This document shows, piece after piece, positions 12,101 to 23,076 of a stretch of 64,000 nucleotides of DNA. Source of the DNA: Owenia fusiformis (lineage: Eukaryota). The stretch is from contig CAIIXF020000001.1 in assembly GCA_903813345.2 (NCBI GenBank), forward strand, positions 29,822,001 to 29,886,000, read 5' to 3'. The notes beneath the pieces are model-generated. The model ran no database searches and was not told the origin of the DNA. It saw only the letters and a list, made by a program, of their open reading frames with translations. A program made the translations under genes and the position numbers. Positions within the stretch are counted from its first letter, which is position 1, and the number at the start of each line of letters is the position of its first letter.

Positions 12101-15100
12101 ATTTTCTCGAATTTCCCTTTTTTAAACCATCAAACAGATCCCGATTGTCTGTGTTTTCTCCATTGTCGTTTACAGTCATTACGCGAACGTTACAAATTAT
12201 GAACAAATATGCGAGCGGCGATTATGGTCACTGCCCACTGGAGCGGGACGTAAAGCTATATCTGCCCGCTGATGAAAATATAAGTTTTTACAAACCGGCT
12301 TTATGTACCTGTAACACGGGCTGTAACACGTCCAAGTATGGGATAAATATATTTTGAATTAAATATTTGTTTTATAATATCACTGTCATAACATCTTCTA
12401 TAATTAAACCAGAACAACGGCAACGCCAAAGCGTAGCGAATCCCATCGAACAGAAATGGCTGGCATTTTACAAACAAAATATATAGCAAACCCATAAGAA
12501 AACCCATAAGAAAGGCCACCATTTTCAAAATGGTTGCTCACTAGACAAGTTGTCATCAGCAGAAGTAATATGCTTTTAAGTAGCCACATATAAAATTTAA
12601 AAAAAATCGCCCATGCATACATGTAAATGCTGGCCATTTTATAAAATGGCCACCTACTACCCAAAATGTCATAAGACAGTATGCAATCCTTACCAGTATT
12701 CACATATCAAATATGAACAAAATCGCTCTATTACTTTTTGAATTATAATAAAAAATGTAAAATAACACACATAAAAATGGTGACCATTTTTCAAAATGGC
12801 CGACTACTCCCTAAAGTTTTATTTGACAATGTGCCATGCTTAAGTATTCACATATAAAATATGAACAATTTTCAATATGGCCGCCTTCTACCCAAAATGT
12901 CATTAGACATTAGGCCATGCTTAAAGTATTCACATACCAAATATGAACAAAATCGCTCCACTACTTTTTGACTTACAGTAAAAAATGTTATATAACACAC
13001 GTAAAAATGGCGGCCATTTTTCAAAATGGCCGCCTACTACCAAAAATGTCATCAGACATTGTGCCATGCTTAAAGTATTCACATACCAAATATGAACAAA
13101 ATCGCTCCACTACTTTTCAAGTTACAGCAAAAATCGTAAAAAGACGTGCAAAGGCAGCCATTTTTCAAGATGGCTGCCAGGTATTTCTTCTGTATTTACA
13201 TTTCTAGCTTAATCAATGTCCTATATAACTTTTTTTACATTTAAAACATATTGCTATTACAGTTTTATATGCAGTACCTAAATTACTGTAAAATCGGCAC
13301 TAAAATGGCCGCCATTTTTAAATGAGCGGCCATTTTGAAAATCAGTTTTCGAGCAGAACTTCTACCCCCATTGGGTATATGTGTACAAAATATGAACAAA
13401 ATCGGGCTAACGGTATTTGAGTTATTGCCCGGACGGACGGACAGACGGACGGACGGACGGACGGACGTACGTACGTACGTACGTACGTACGGACGGACGG
13501 ACGGACGGACGGACGGACGGAGGCGTTCCCTATATCCCTCCGAACTTCGTTCGATGGGATAATAAGTCATATGTTAACATTGAAATACATTTATATTTCT
13601 TGTAACAATATGACAATAAATACAATACATATCAACTAGCAAATTATTTAGTCAATAAATATCAACTCCCAAATTGTAATAAATTTTAATTTAAGGTTTC
13701 ATGTTAACATTATAATTAACTGTAACATTGCAATGGGTCAATGAAAATGGAACCATTGTGTTCATACTCATAGTATGTGGGAAACAGGGTTGGGAGTGTT
13801 TTTCAAATGTCCATTCTGAGATGACTCCTTGTTAGTACTGCCATTAACACTTGAATAATATGTATGTTTAAGTCATGACCGTTGAATATCATTTGATATT
13901 CACTGGAAGTCACGTGACTTCCGTTGAATATCGCTAGTTATTTTTTAGTCACGTGTAGGACATGGACCAATAAGAGAGTGAGGAATATGACAGTGATAAA
14001 ATAATCTAAAATATTTCCACGGTTGGTTGAACTTTCTGAACTGTGAGATGACCAAGATTGGTATGGGATAACAAGATCATCCTACAGTCGGTTCAGGATA
14101 TTAGGATTATCCCTTGGCCAATATAATATATCTACCCTTGGGACCTACGGCCCTCGGGCAGATATTTTATATTGGCTATAATCCCAGTATCCTGAACCTC
14201 ATATAGGATAATCTCTATACACAGCATTTTCCCAATTTGTTCATTTTTGGATATTCTCTCATTATAGTTCAAAATATCACTAGAGACCCCATGAACAATG
14301 AAACGAGCAGGTTATCATAGCTAAAATCATGCAAGTACAAAAGCAAAATATTACATTTATATCTTCAGCATATGTTGAGTGCATGCAAGGCCTAGAAACT
14401 ATGAAAGAAAAACTAGAAACTATGAAAGAAAATATGACAGAAAAATTAGAAACTATGAAAGAAAAACTAGAAACTACAAAAGAGAATATGAAAGAAAAAC
14501 TAAAAGCCGCATACATCGGACTATCATTAGTCATTGTTACTCTTTTAGTCATCATAGGTGCCATTGTCTGGCAACTTCTTAAGCAAAGACATCTTAAAAA
14601 TCCACATGAGAGAAATAAGTTACATAATGGTTTACAACCAGCACCTGAAGGTAAGACATTAGCACATATTATTCTAAGAGGGGGGGTTAAAGAATCCAGC
14701 TCTGCCTTGGTTTCAATGTGGCTATTTGGAGCATGTAACGTAAATGATCACAGCTCCTGAACCAGTTGACTGGTTGTATTGAGACTTTCAGGAACAAATT
14801 TCCATAGACCTTTCCTGGTGTGTGCAAAATTTCATTAATGTCACTTGTCTAGTTTAAGAGATATTACCTACTTCAATGGTCTCATTTTTTCTGGTCACCC
14901 TGTATATGCAAAATTCACATAATTATGAACATTTTAAAAAGCCCAGGTTACACTGGGAGCCTCTATATATGGTACTTCTTCATAACACAATCTGTTTATT
15001 CACCAGAATGCAAAATGATTGCCTGGACATATATACTGATGAACTTTTACACTTATATTTCCAGATGCTGTATCACTGACAAGCTCTGCCTAATGATGCC

Positions 15101-18100
15101 TCTGAAGATTGCTGCTGAAAATTAGCCCAAGAAGTTATGTGAATTAAATGTTGAATGTATATACTGTAGTATATTGATATATAATAATCTATGTATTCAC
15201 GGTTGAAAATCTGTCCACTAGTATTCAAGTTATCTATTGGACGGATGGACTTCTTGTAATATATAAATACACTGCCCAACATGTTTTGATTAAGAGCAAC
15301 AGAGAAGCATACACTCTTTACATATAGATAAATTCAGACTGACAGATGGATGGAGGCCCTTACTATATCCCTACAGAACTTTGTTGGGATAATTAAATCA
15401 ACACCAAAATTAGGCGCTAAATCATATGCTAGACTTTTGTTTAAATTTTTTTTAGCCAAAATATCATCTTGAAGAAAAACAAAGGCTATTATTTTTAGCT
15501 CTAAATCAGATGAAACATTTAAACTCAAACATAATTTGAGTAAATGTGGAAAATATTTTATTTTCGTGATCATTTCTCAAATGGAAATGTTGATATAGAA
15601 TGCACACTCAGGTCTCTGTAAAAGTGTATGCTGCATAATACAATATCAGTACGAACATTTGTTTTATCTGATTTCTCAAAATATATGCAAAATGTTAAAC
15701 ACATCATGTAGGGTAGTGATATCTACTATCGTATCACCAGAGTCAATATATTGTATATTGTACAGTAAAACATGCATTATTGAATACATCTCTCTCTTGA
15801 ACACCTATCAACAGTGAACATTTTTATACAGTAATAGTGTTATTTCATCAAAGTCTAGTACTTATTTGTATACTGTAGAAGTAGTGATATATACTATTCT
15901 AGTATCACTAAAGAGCCAATAGATTGTATATTGTACTGTAATTAAAACTACATGTATGAAATCATTAATTTGTTAAATAAAATAATTATATAAATTGTCT
16001 TAAAATGAAGATGTAATGCTAAATGATTTTTTATTTTGTATTCTTCAATAAATTATGATTAAAAAAAACAGATTCAAATACTAGAAAAACAACACCACAG
16101 AGTAGCAGATATCCCATCAAACAAAATAGGTTATACCAAAATCACCCATCATTTTGAACATTTCATGATACTGTAGTCTCTTTTTGGCAAAATCCACACC
16201 CATGACATTGACAATGACACCCTAGGACCTAATACCAATATGATATCAAACTTTAAAATGTGGAGTACATCTCATAAATGTTTTTTTAGTTATCATGAAT
16301 AATCATTATTATTTTTTCTAAAAAAATATAGCCATTTTAAATTGAGCAGCCATATTGGAAATTCCTTCTCAAACAATTAATTTTGAAAATTCTTTCTTCA
16401 ACAGAGGTCCTATGACCCTAAGACATAAGCATACAAGAACACAAATGTGTACAAAATGTCCCCACCAATGGGTGATCCCATCAAATGGTTATCCTGAAAA
16501 TGAGTAGACAAGACTTTACCAACACAATTTGAGGACGGAAAATCCAAAATGGCCACCTTAAAATTTACCCAGAATGCCAAAAATTTAGTCAGTTCTAGAT
16601 TTTCAAACTAAGAACCACCCCTGAAAATTTTTAATTGATCCGTCACACAGTTAACCAGAAAACATGTAAACAAGACTTTACAGACAAGATTTTAGGATGG
16701 AAAATCCAATATGGCTGCCTTGACATTTACCCAGAATGTCAAAAAACTAATCTGTTTCTAGATTTTCATACTAAGAATCATCCCTGAAAATATAACATTG
16801 ATCTACCAAATGATTCACCTGAAAACGCGTAGACAAGATTTTAGGACAGAAAATCCAAAATGGCTGCCTTGACATTTACACAGAATGCCAAAAACCAAAA
16901 AAACTGATCAGATGTAGATTGTCATACGAAGAATCATCCCTGAAAATTTGAAATTGATCTACCAAACGGTTCACCTAAAAACACATAGACAAGACTTTAC
17001 AGACAAGATTTTAGGACAGAAAATCCAAAATGGCTGCCTTGATATTTACTTAGAATGCCAAAAAACTAATCAGATCTAGATTTTTATACTAAGAATCATC
17101 CCTGAAAATTTGAAATTGATCTACAAAACGGTTCAACTGAAAACGCGTAGACAAGACTTTACAGACAAGATTTTAGGACAGAAAATCCAAAATGGCTGCC
17201 TTGACATTTACCCAGAATGCCAAAAAACTAATCAGATCTAGATTTTAATACTAAGAATCATCCCTGAAAATTTAGAATTGATCCACCAAACGGTTCACCT
17301 CAAAACATGTAGACAAGACTTCATAGACAAGATTTTAGGATGGAAAAATCCAAAATGGCCGACAATAAAAAAGTGATTATGAGTTTTTGCTGATTTCTTT
17401 TTACAAAATTATCACATATATCTACTGTTAACAATAACATAGGCTTTTACAACAAAGTACATCTGAAATTATTTATAAAGCTACTAAATAGTTAAAGTAT
17501 GAAAACTCAAAAAACACCATTCAATATGATACAAAGTATTATCGTGCGCTAACTTTTCTTAAGACATTCAAAATGGCTGACATGACTGAGCTAACAGGTC
17601 CAAAACCTAATCAGATGTAGAATGAAGTGAGCTGAACAAGATGTTAAAGTTTTAAAAGCAACTGTGAAGCTGTTTTTCTTAAAGTTTGCAGACAAGGATT
17701 TTAGCATTTGACTTCAAAATGGCCGACAGGAAGTAGGTATCGAGTTAAATTTTTTTCATCCACATCTGTATGCACTCATAAGTTATCCCTGAAAATTTGA
17801 AGGTGATATCTGTAGCGGTTTTGGAGAAAACTCCCGGATGTACAGACGGACGGACGGACGGACGGACGGACAGACGGACGGACAGACGGACGCCCCTAGG
17901 CCGACAATATGGCCCCACACTATGTGGTGGGGACATAATAAAGAGCCAAATAAACCTACTCGTATTTGAGAAATCAAAGATTTTTTTACTAAAAAACTGC
18001 AGCCATTTTCAATTGAGTCAGGCCATATTTGAAAGTTTTTTCTTGGGCAAAAATTCTATTCTCACAAAATGTCAGCCTATGAATTTGGACCAAATCTTTA

Positions 18101-21100
18101 TCATTTCCCCAAAAAATGGTGGACATTTGAAAGGATTGGTATCAATATGGAGAACTGAATTCAACAATGTTTTTCTCTTAAACCAATCATTGAAAACATT
18201 CTGTAAAAAACACGGTATTTTATGTAATGTTGACTGATTGACAGCAATTTAATGCGAAAATTATATAGAAATATTTTATATAACTGTTTTTGTTAACATT
18301 TTTGTTTTTTTAATGCAATTGTTTTTTGCTCCTTTGTATCAATTCTTGAGAATGAAATAAAATGTCTTTCCGAACCTTGTTGGAACAAAATAGCATATAC
18401 GACATGTTTTTAGACCTCTCTATATTATATACAAAGGAATTTTTGGTTGATTTTAAAAAAGTATTCAAAAAATTAAAACAAAATCCCCCCAAAATAGATA
18501 AAAATCAAGATAAACCTTTTATTTCATTGACAAGATACTTTTTTTAAATCAACCAAAATCTCCTTCGTTCATTAATATTGAGAGACCTAAACATGTTGTG
18601 TTTATGTTGTTTTGTTCCAATGAGGTTCGGAAAGATGTTTCATTTCACTCTAGAAACATGATACCAAGAACAAAACAAGTGTTTGATGTGTTTTCTAAAA
18701 CAATATAGATGAAAGTATAAATATATTTTTCAAATTATATTGTTACCATTCAAACATTCAAAAGATGACCATTAAATTGACAATGTGTAAAATTTTAAGA
18801 ATTTTTTGATGACTGGCTTAAGAGAAATGTGTGTTCAAAAAGTTTGCCATATCGATACCCATCCTTTGGCAGTCACCTTAAATTTCTTTTCTTGACAGAT
18901 TTCAGCCTTACAAATTTGAACCAAAATCAGACAACTGGTATTTGTTTTCAAAGATTACAAATTTACAAACAAAAATGGCAGCCATGTTGAAGTGAGTAGC
19001 CGTACTTGAAATTGCTTCTATATAAGAAGTCCTATTTCTATAAAGTATCAGCCTACAAAATTTGAACCAAATCTGATAATTAAGTTTAATTATCATCCAG
19101 ACAGACAAATGGACAGATTGGCAGCATCTCTATATCTCTCACAAACTATGTTCAATGGAATGAAAAAGAACCTAGAGATCATTATGTGCTTACATGTTGA
19201 ATTATTACCAGAATGTTTTTGACTTCAAAATCTCATGAACCAAAAAGACTCGGTAAATTGTAGACATGTCAAAACTAGAACAACTTTAATGAGCTATGAT
19301 TCATGAAGCTTTGAATTTTCGGAATATATTCTTGATGCCTATATGAACTTAAAGATGTAATAAAATGGCAGTCAGAATCTCTTATTAGCTTATACTTAGC
19401 ACAAATAACAACTCTTATCCTATATGCCAAGTAGAGTTTTAGGGAGATAAGTTGGTAAGATATATCCCGTATCCTGATTTTGAGGTTTCCATATCCTGAA
19501 CCTCCATATCTCCCGCCATATCTCCCGCTCCAGGGCATATCTTCCCGCTTCGAAAAAAATTTGAAAAAATACGAAAAAATTGAAAAAAAAGAAAAAATGT
19601 GAAAAAAAATTTGAAAAAAATAAAAAAAGAAAAAAATAGAAAAAAATTTAAAAAATTGAAAAAAATCAGAAAAATGTGAAAAAATTGGAAAAATAAAAAA
19701 AAAATGAAAAAATTGAAAGAAAATTAGAAAACTCTACTTGGTATAGGATAAAGCAGTTATGTACGGTCGGTCTGGATATTGGGTTCATCCCTCGTGAGTA
19801 ATGTACATCTACCTTCGGTCCCTACGGTCCCTCAGGTAGATATGCATATCTCCCTCTGGATAAACCCCATATCCAAAACCTCCCAGTACACAACCCTTAT
19901 TTATAATTTGAACTAAAAAGTAAGTAATATTTCCCCTAAAAACATGATTTATCAAGATGAAACTGTCAACCTCCAAAATGTTATTATTTTGGCGGACTTT
20001 TGAAGTCTCTACTGTACTGTGGTACAAAGTTATTCTGGCATCAAATCTAAAAGTGGAAAATGGATGGATGGAGGGACAGAAAGACAGATGCCTAGTTGAT
20101 CAAAAAGGCTCTCTATATGAGCCAAAAATAATATTTGTCTTTTGAAACAATTTTCAAATAAAAAATCAGTTTAACATCTGTACTTAATCTTACCAAACCT
20201 CCATAAATATGGGTTACCTGTCTCAATATGGATTGCATTCATATTTTTTATCAGTGGTATCCTATTTACATGCCATTTGGAATAACCTTATCCAAAATAT
20301 TAGAATGAAAAATTATCTTCCCTTTGGCAAAAAAGGACATATACAGATTTCTAGATTTCTGAAATTCCATATCTGAATATTTGAACAATTATGTGAAAGA
20401 GCATTTATTATAACAATTATAAAGGAAGGAAAAAGAAGACATGTAAGAAGATATATAATTATTTGAGACTCAACCTTTGCCTCACTATATCGAACAAAAC
20501 TTTTTGAGTATAAGAAATTAAATCAGCTCATTCAAAAATGATTCATAAAAAAATATTTATGAATGACTTAGGGATTATGATATTAAACCTTTCTTGAGTA
20601 GTCATTGAGATAAAATAAAACCATTCATAAAATTTCAAAGTAAAAGACAATGAATGATTCAGGAATTTTTGAAAAATTGATTTAAGCGTTTGTCTCGTCA
20701 GTTTAAATCTATGACTCATATAAAAAAAAATTAGTTGTAACTAAGAGGAGGGAAAACCCAAGATCTTAGAGATGACAGACAAAATTACATGTATATCTCT
20801 TCATTTACCACCTTCGTTTGTCCAATTTTCGATGGCTAGTTTTCGAATACCACATGTCGGTGTTATATTTAATCAATGGTAGCATATCTTTCTTCATCTT
20901 GTCAGAAATTAACATAATATTATCTAATATATATTTTTGAAGCGTTTCTAGGAAATTGTGAACCCGCCATTTTGTTTTCATCATTTGACCAATAATTTGT
21001 CTTTCTGAACTCTGGGGTATTCTGGGTATTCCCCCTCTTATATTAATTTACATGTACTGGTATGTCTAAATAAAATTACCAACTATTCAGTTTGAATTAA

Positions 21101-23076
21101 CAAGTGCAAGATAACATCCTATTTTTCTTCAGAGGTCTAGTACACATGTCATATATCTTTAATAAGATGTTTGTACTTGGGTATCCTGTAGTTGGAGAGT
21201 GACTTTTTTAGAGTCCATTGAGGCTCATGTTAAACTGGTAAAGATCCATCCTGGTAACAAATTAGCCCGCAAGTAGGTTGATTTGTACCCTTATACTTTA
21301 TCTGTACCTTTATGTGGATATAGTTACCACTGGTTTCTGAAAAGTTTTAGTTAAGACCAAAGTATATTCTTAGGTTACTAAACCAACCAATGAGAGGGGT
21401 CCCCTACCTCACCAATTGATCAGGGTTTCTTTTTCCACCTATCTACCACACAGGAACATCAACCATGGGGAAGATGTCTCCTTTTAGAATATGGAAAGGA
21501 ACAGTGAATTAGATGTATATGGTTTTCTTCATCTCATTTCAGAAATTGAATATTAGTCATACACATACTAAATTGGTTTCTCATAGGCTGGCATCAGCTG
21601 GAAGCAATGGTTTTAAAATGTTTTAAAATATTCTTTATAAATGTGTGTGACATAGAAATAAATTATATTAAACTTAACTAAAACTTTCTTACCTTTTAAG
21701 TAGACTGTAACAGTACATCCAGCCTTAGCGTCATTGACCCCAGGTCCAAGGAACTCAGATTTACTCTTCATTTCCTTCTCTTTGGCCCTTTGATGAGCCT
21801 GCTCTATACTTGCAATACAAAGTGTATTTCTGGGATGGTTGTTTGGTTTTGATCTTGATGGACTAAGCCCAATGCTAGGAAGAGTGTCCTTATCAGTGGC
21901 TTCATCAGTTTCAAATACCCAGTCAACATAGTGTTCATCCTCTACAATATATTTGTGACCATCCTTAGTATCTTTCATTGATGATCTATCTGAGCTACTG
22001 GGAGAAGGACTTGGGGTGTATGTCTCTCTGTTGGTTGATCGTAAATCTACATGACCTAATCCCACATCCACATTGAAATTCTCAACACCTTCCTGTCTCT
22101 GTTTGATATTTTGAAGAATGTATTTTGTTTCTTCAGATTGGGGTTGAGGAAGGGTATCTTCTATAGGTTTGATTGCACTATTAACATCTTCTGACTGTTC
22201 ACTACTATCAACATCCCCTTCCCATTCTAGCTTGATCACTTGTACAATCTGATGGTACGAACATGCAATGTAATCTTCACACATTGCAATCTCATGAATC
22301 GGAAAACTAAACCGTAGATCAATAAGATGTTTGACTTGTTTCTCAGAGGCTCCATTAGTCAAAGCATTAGCCCTTACAGAGTACACACTGACAGTTGCAT
22401 TGTAAGACACAGCAAGGTTGCCACTCTTATCACAGGAAGCAATATAAGATGGGGAATCTTTGGACGCAATCTCATACATGTCTTGTTCCCCATTTTCGTG
22501 TTCTGGACTGTCTTGATGGTTGGACTGTCTCAAAGGTCCAAGATTTTGAATGTCAGAGTTCCAGTATATACGAATGAAGACACAATCAGACTTCAACTTG
22601 GATTCTTCCAAAGTAGCAACATATCCTCCTGGAATGTCATAATATATTATGCATAATTTATTACTGCAGACATTACAGTATTGCACTGAAGCAAATTGCA
22701 ATCCAAGATGAAGGAAAATCTTTTATCCTAGAAGCAACCTTTGAACTCCCCTCCTCCAACATTAAAGTACCAATTAATATCACAATCCCAGACCATAACA
22801 CCAAGGGACATTTCATTCATACTGAAGTCATAACAATATAATACAATAAAAACATGTTTTACCTGCATCATTGTGAATGATACGCTTGACTGCATCTATT
22901 GTCTCTAAAGTGTAGACATAAGGGCAGCCAATGGTGGTCAATGAATGGACCTGTATCTTACAGTTTTCTGTTGCTACAAACACCAAGTCCTTAGATACAC
23001 ATACAGATACTGGCTTGTTCTCCGTAGTGAAGACATCCTGAGAGTTGAAGTGATGACAGGATAGCACTCTCACCAT
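34..23076 (-). CDS. HPS3: Hermansky-Pudlak syndrome 3 protein (BLOC-2 subunit) homolog; 13 coding exons in window, 3' end beyond the left edge
   Basis: Exons 22863-23076, 21693-22628, 9264-9368, 8574-8755, 8073-8189, 7121-7251, 6670-6733, 5130-5299, 3918-4026, 3224-3304, 2725-2821, 1840-1982 and 34-111 have GT-AG boundaries and join in phase into 809 open codons. Motifs MVRVLSCHHFNSQDV, YLYRKF..LHSLQLVPVY, GNWSVYALRNSSPAQIYQDM, HLLQEAHL and LALPYYNMS match recalled HPS3 motifs in the right order. Confidence 0.92.
248..1012 (+). mobile_element. Helentron/DINE-type non-autonomous element (HINE-like)
   Basis: 5' subTIR ATCCCAACGAAC, internal tandem units, (ACGG/ACTG)n, 3' stem CCGAACTTCGTTCG and subTIR GTTCGTTGGGAT. 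Confidence 0.75.
1085..1705. mobile_element. Non-autonomous element with a terminal ~140-bp hairpin
   Basis: Hairpin 1557-1696 with a CGCTTCGCTC loop; inner IR TTTATCCCACGATTA / TAATCATGGGATAAA. Confidence 0.55.
1840..1982 (-). CDS. HPS3: HPS3 coding exon 12
   Basis: ELAASVLKIYIDEG..LCLANLHLALGDMDEASMCIFAMSK; tttcag/gtacat. Confidence 0.8.
2725..2821 (-). CDS. HPS3: HPS3 coding exon 11
   Basis: ATCDQILSIYSNKEPEVLSDVILHSRLTGYSQ; tag/gtgag. Confidence 0.83.
3224..3304 (-). CDS. HPS3: HPS3 coding exon 10
   Basis: EGYGDGVIHYLNHLIFQDTSSKLNLPN; tacag/gtgagt. Confidence 0.83.
3918..4026 (-). CDS. HPS3: HPS3 coding exon 9
   Basis: GSAEESQLALPYYNMSSLPVEEIMEQ..; tacag/gtaact. Confidence 0.87.
4295..4948 (+). 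mobile_element. HINE-like element, second family
   Basis: TGTCACCAC..GATGGTGACAT end motifs, tandem TTTGACCTTGAGAAGGTCA units, (CCGCCAACTG)-like microsatellite. Confidence 0.5.
5130..5299 (-). CDS. HPS3: HPS3 coding exon 8
   Basis: LEFGCQHKTTGPPAYLHLLQEAHLVARS..CESCSLLAQCYC; aag acceptor, gtaagt donor. Confidence 0.85.
6670..6733 (-). CDS. HPS3: HPS3 coding exon 7
   Basis: (S)EGNWSVYALRNSSPAQIYQDM; ttccag/gtatgt. Confidence 0.82.
7121..7251 (-). CDS. HPS3: HPS3 coding exon 6
   Basis: AIPKMDLDICLIGMQPFIGVQDMCVKGRHLVLMSKVE..; cag/gtgag. Confidence 0.85.
8073..8189 (-). CDS. HPS3: HPS3 coding exon 5
   Basis: VVISPILLHAITDTGIETYTTRCHVTALHNIEVVDNVTN; cag/gtaagt. Confidence 0.85.
8574..8755 (-). 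CDS. HPS3: HPS3 coding exon 4
   Basis: ..LVSLSCFISSNREGFLYNIVGSDVKLLSMYPYTSNSKK; in phase with neighbours. Confidence 0.85.
9264..9368 (-). CDS. HPS3: HPS3 coding exon 3
   Basis: DCKLIKEEVTTYLYRKFPPMDTSLHSLQLVPVYTL; cag/gtgag boundaries. Confidence 0.88.
10788..10978 (+). promoter_or_regulatory. Putative promoter/first exon of the nested gene, with kB-like site
   Basis: GGGAATTCC at 10788-10796, ~190 bp upstream of ATGG|gtaagt. Confidence 0.45.
10975..15093 (+). CDS. Nested antisense gene: ~176-aa type I membrane protein with a Cys-rich ectodomain (Grindelwald/TNFR-like candidate)
   Basis: Exons 10975-10978 (ATGG|gtaagt), 11433-11648, 14369-14650 and 15065-15093 (ends TAA). All three introns are phase 1 and join in frame. 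Product: signal-like MKMLHGFIALTFTVALCSS, six Cys, LETMKEK repeats, TM AAYIGLSLVIVTLLVIIGAIVW and a short tail. The last exon is the least certain. Confidence 0.75.
11433..11648 (+). CDS. Nested gene exon 2: signal peptide + Cys-rich domain
   Basis: ttttttag|ACCTCC ... TGTGGTG|gtaag; within ORF 11297-11671. Confidence 0.78.
11825..14219. mobile_element. DNA element with ~180-bp TIRs that are themselves hairpins, in intron 2 of the nested gene
   Basis: 11825-12003 is the reverse complement of ~14047-14219; each arm folds around GGGCCG(C/T)AGGTCCC. Confidence 0.75.
12406..13562 (+). mobile_element. HINE-like element nested in the hairpin-TIR element
   Basis: ATCCCATCGAAC ... tandem AAAATGGCCGCC/CAAATATGAACAAAATCGCTC units ... 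(ACGG)n(ACGT)n(ACGG)n ... CCGAACTTCGTTCGATGGGAT. Confidence 0.8.
14369..14650 (+). CDS. Nested gene exon 3: coiled-coil stalk + TM + start of tail
   Basis: atcttcag|CATATG ... GAAG|gtaag; within ORF 14329-14760. Confidence 0.8.
16432..17939 (+). mobile_element. HINE-like element with a ~160-bp satellite-like array
   Basis: subTIRs TGTCCCCACCA / TGGTGGGGACA, ~5-6 units of ~160 bp at 16500-17360, (ACGG)n at 17845-17890. An inverted fragment lies at ~52400-52730. Confidence 0.7.
18120..18890. mobile_element. Degenerate foldback element
   Basis: CCGAACCTTGTTGGAACAAAA (18371) versus TTTTGTTCCAATGAGGTTCGG (~18610), plus outer diverged inverted arms. Confidence 0.5.
19430..19900. mobile_element. 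Hairpin-ended non-autonomous element (related end at 6580-6655)
   Basis: Shares GGTAGATATGCAT..CCCTCTGGATAAACCCC.TATCCAAAACCTCCCAGTACA with 6580-6655; A-rich core. Confidence 0.55.
21693..22628 (-). CDS. HPS3: HPS3 large coding exon 2
   Basis: Lies within ORF 21613-22701. Acceptor ttccag|GAGGATAT, donor AAAAG|gtaag, phase 1-1. Confidence 0.9.
22863..23076 (-). CDS. HPS3: HPS3 first coding exon
   Basis: MVRVLSCHHFNSQDVF...IIHNDA(G). Donor GT at 22862-22861. An upstream acceptor at 23121-23120 implies a separate 5' UTR exon. Confidence 0.88.

Noticed and set aside
13283-13605. ORFs with RPSV/TDGR repeats (also 779-1057, 17745-18237, 59844-60243)
   Set aside because: They are translations of the (ACGG)n microsatellite in HINE-like elements.
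15007-15125. Alternative last exon for the nested gene (acceptor at 15006)
   Set aside because: It is in frame, but its polypyrimidine tract looks weaker and its product less plausible than the 15065 acceptor. Not excluded without RNA data.
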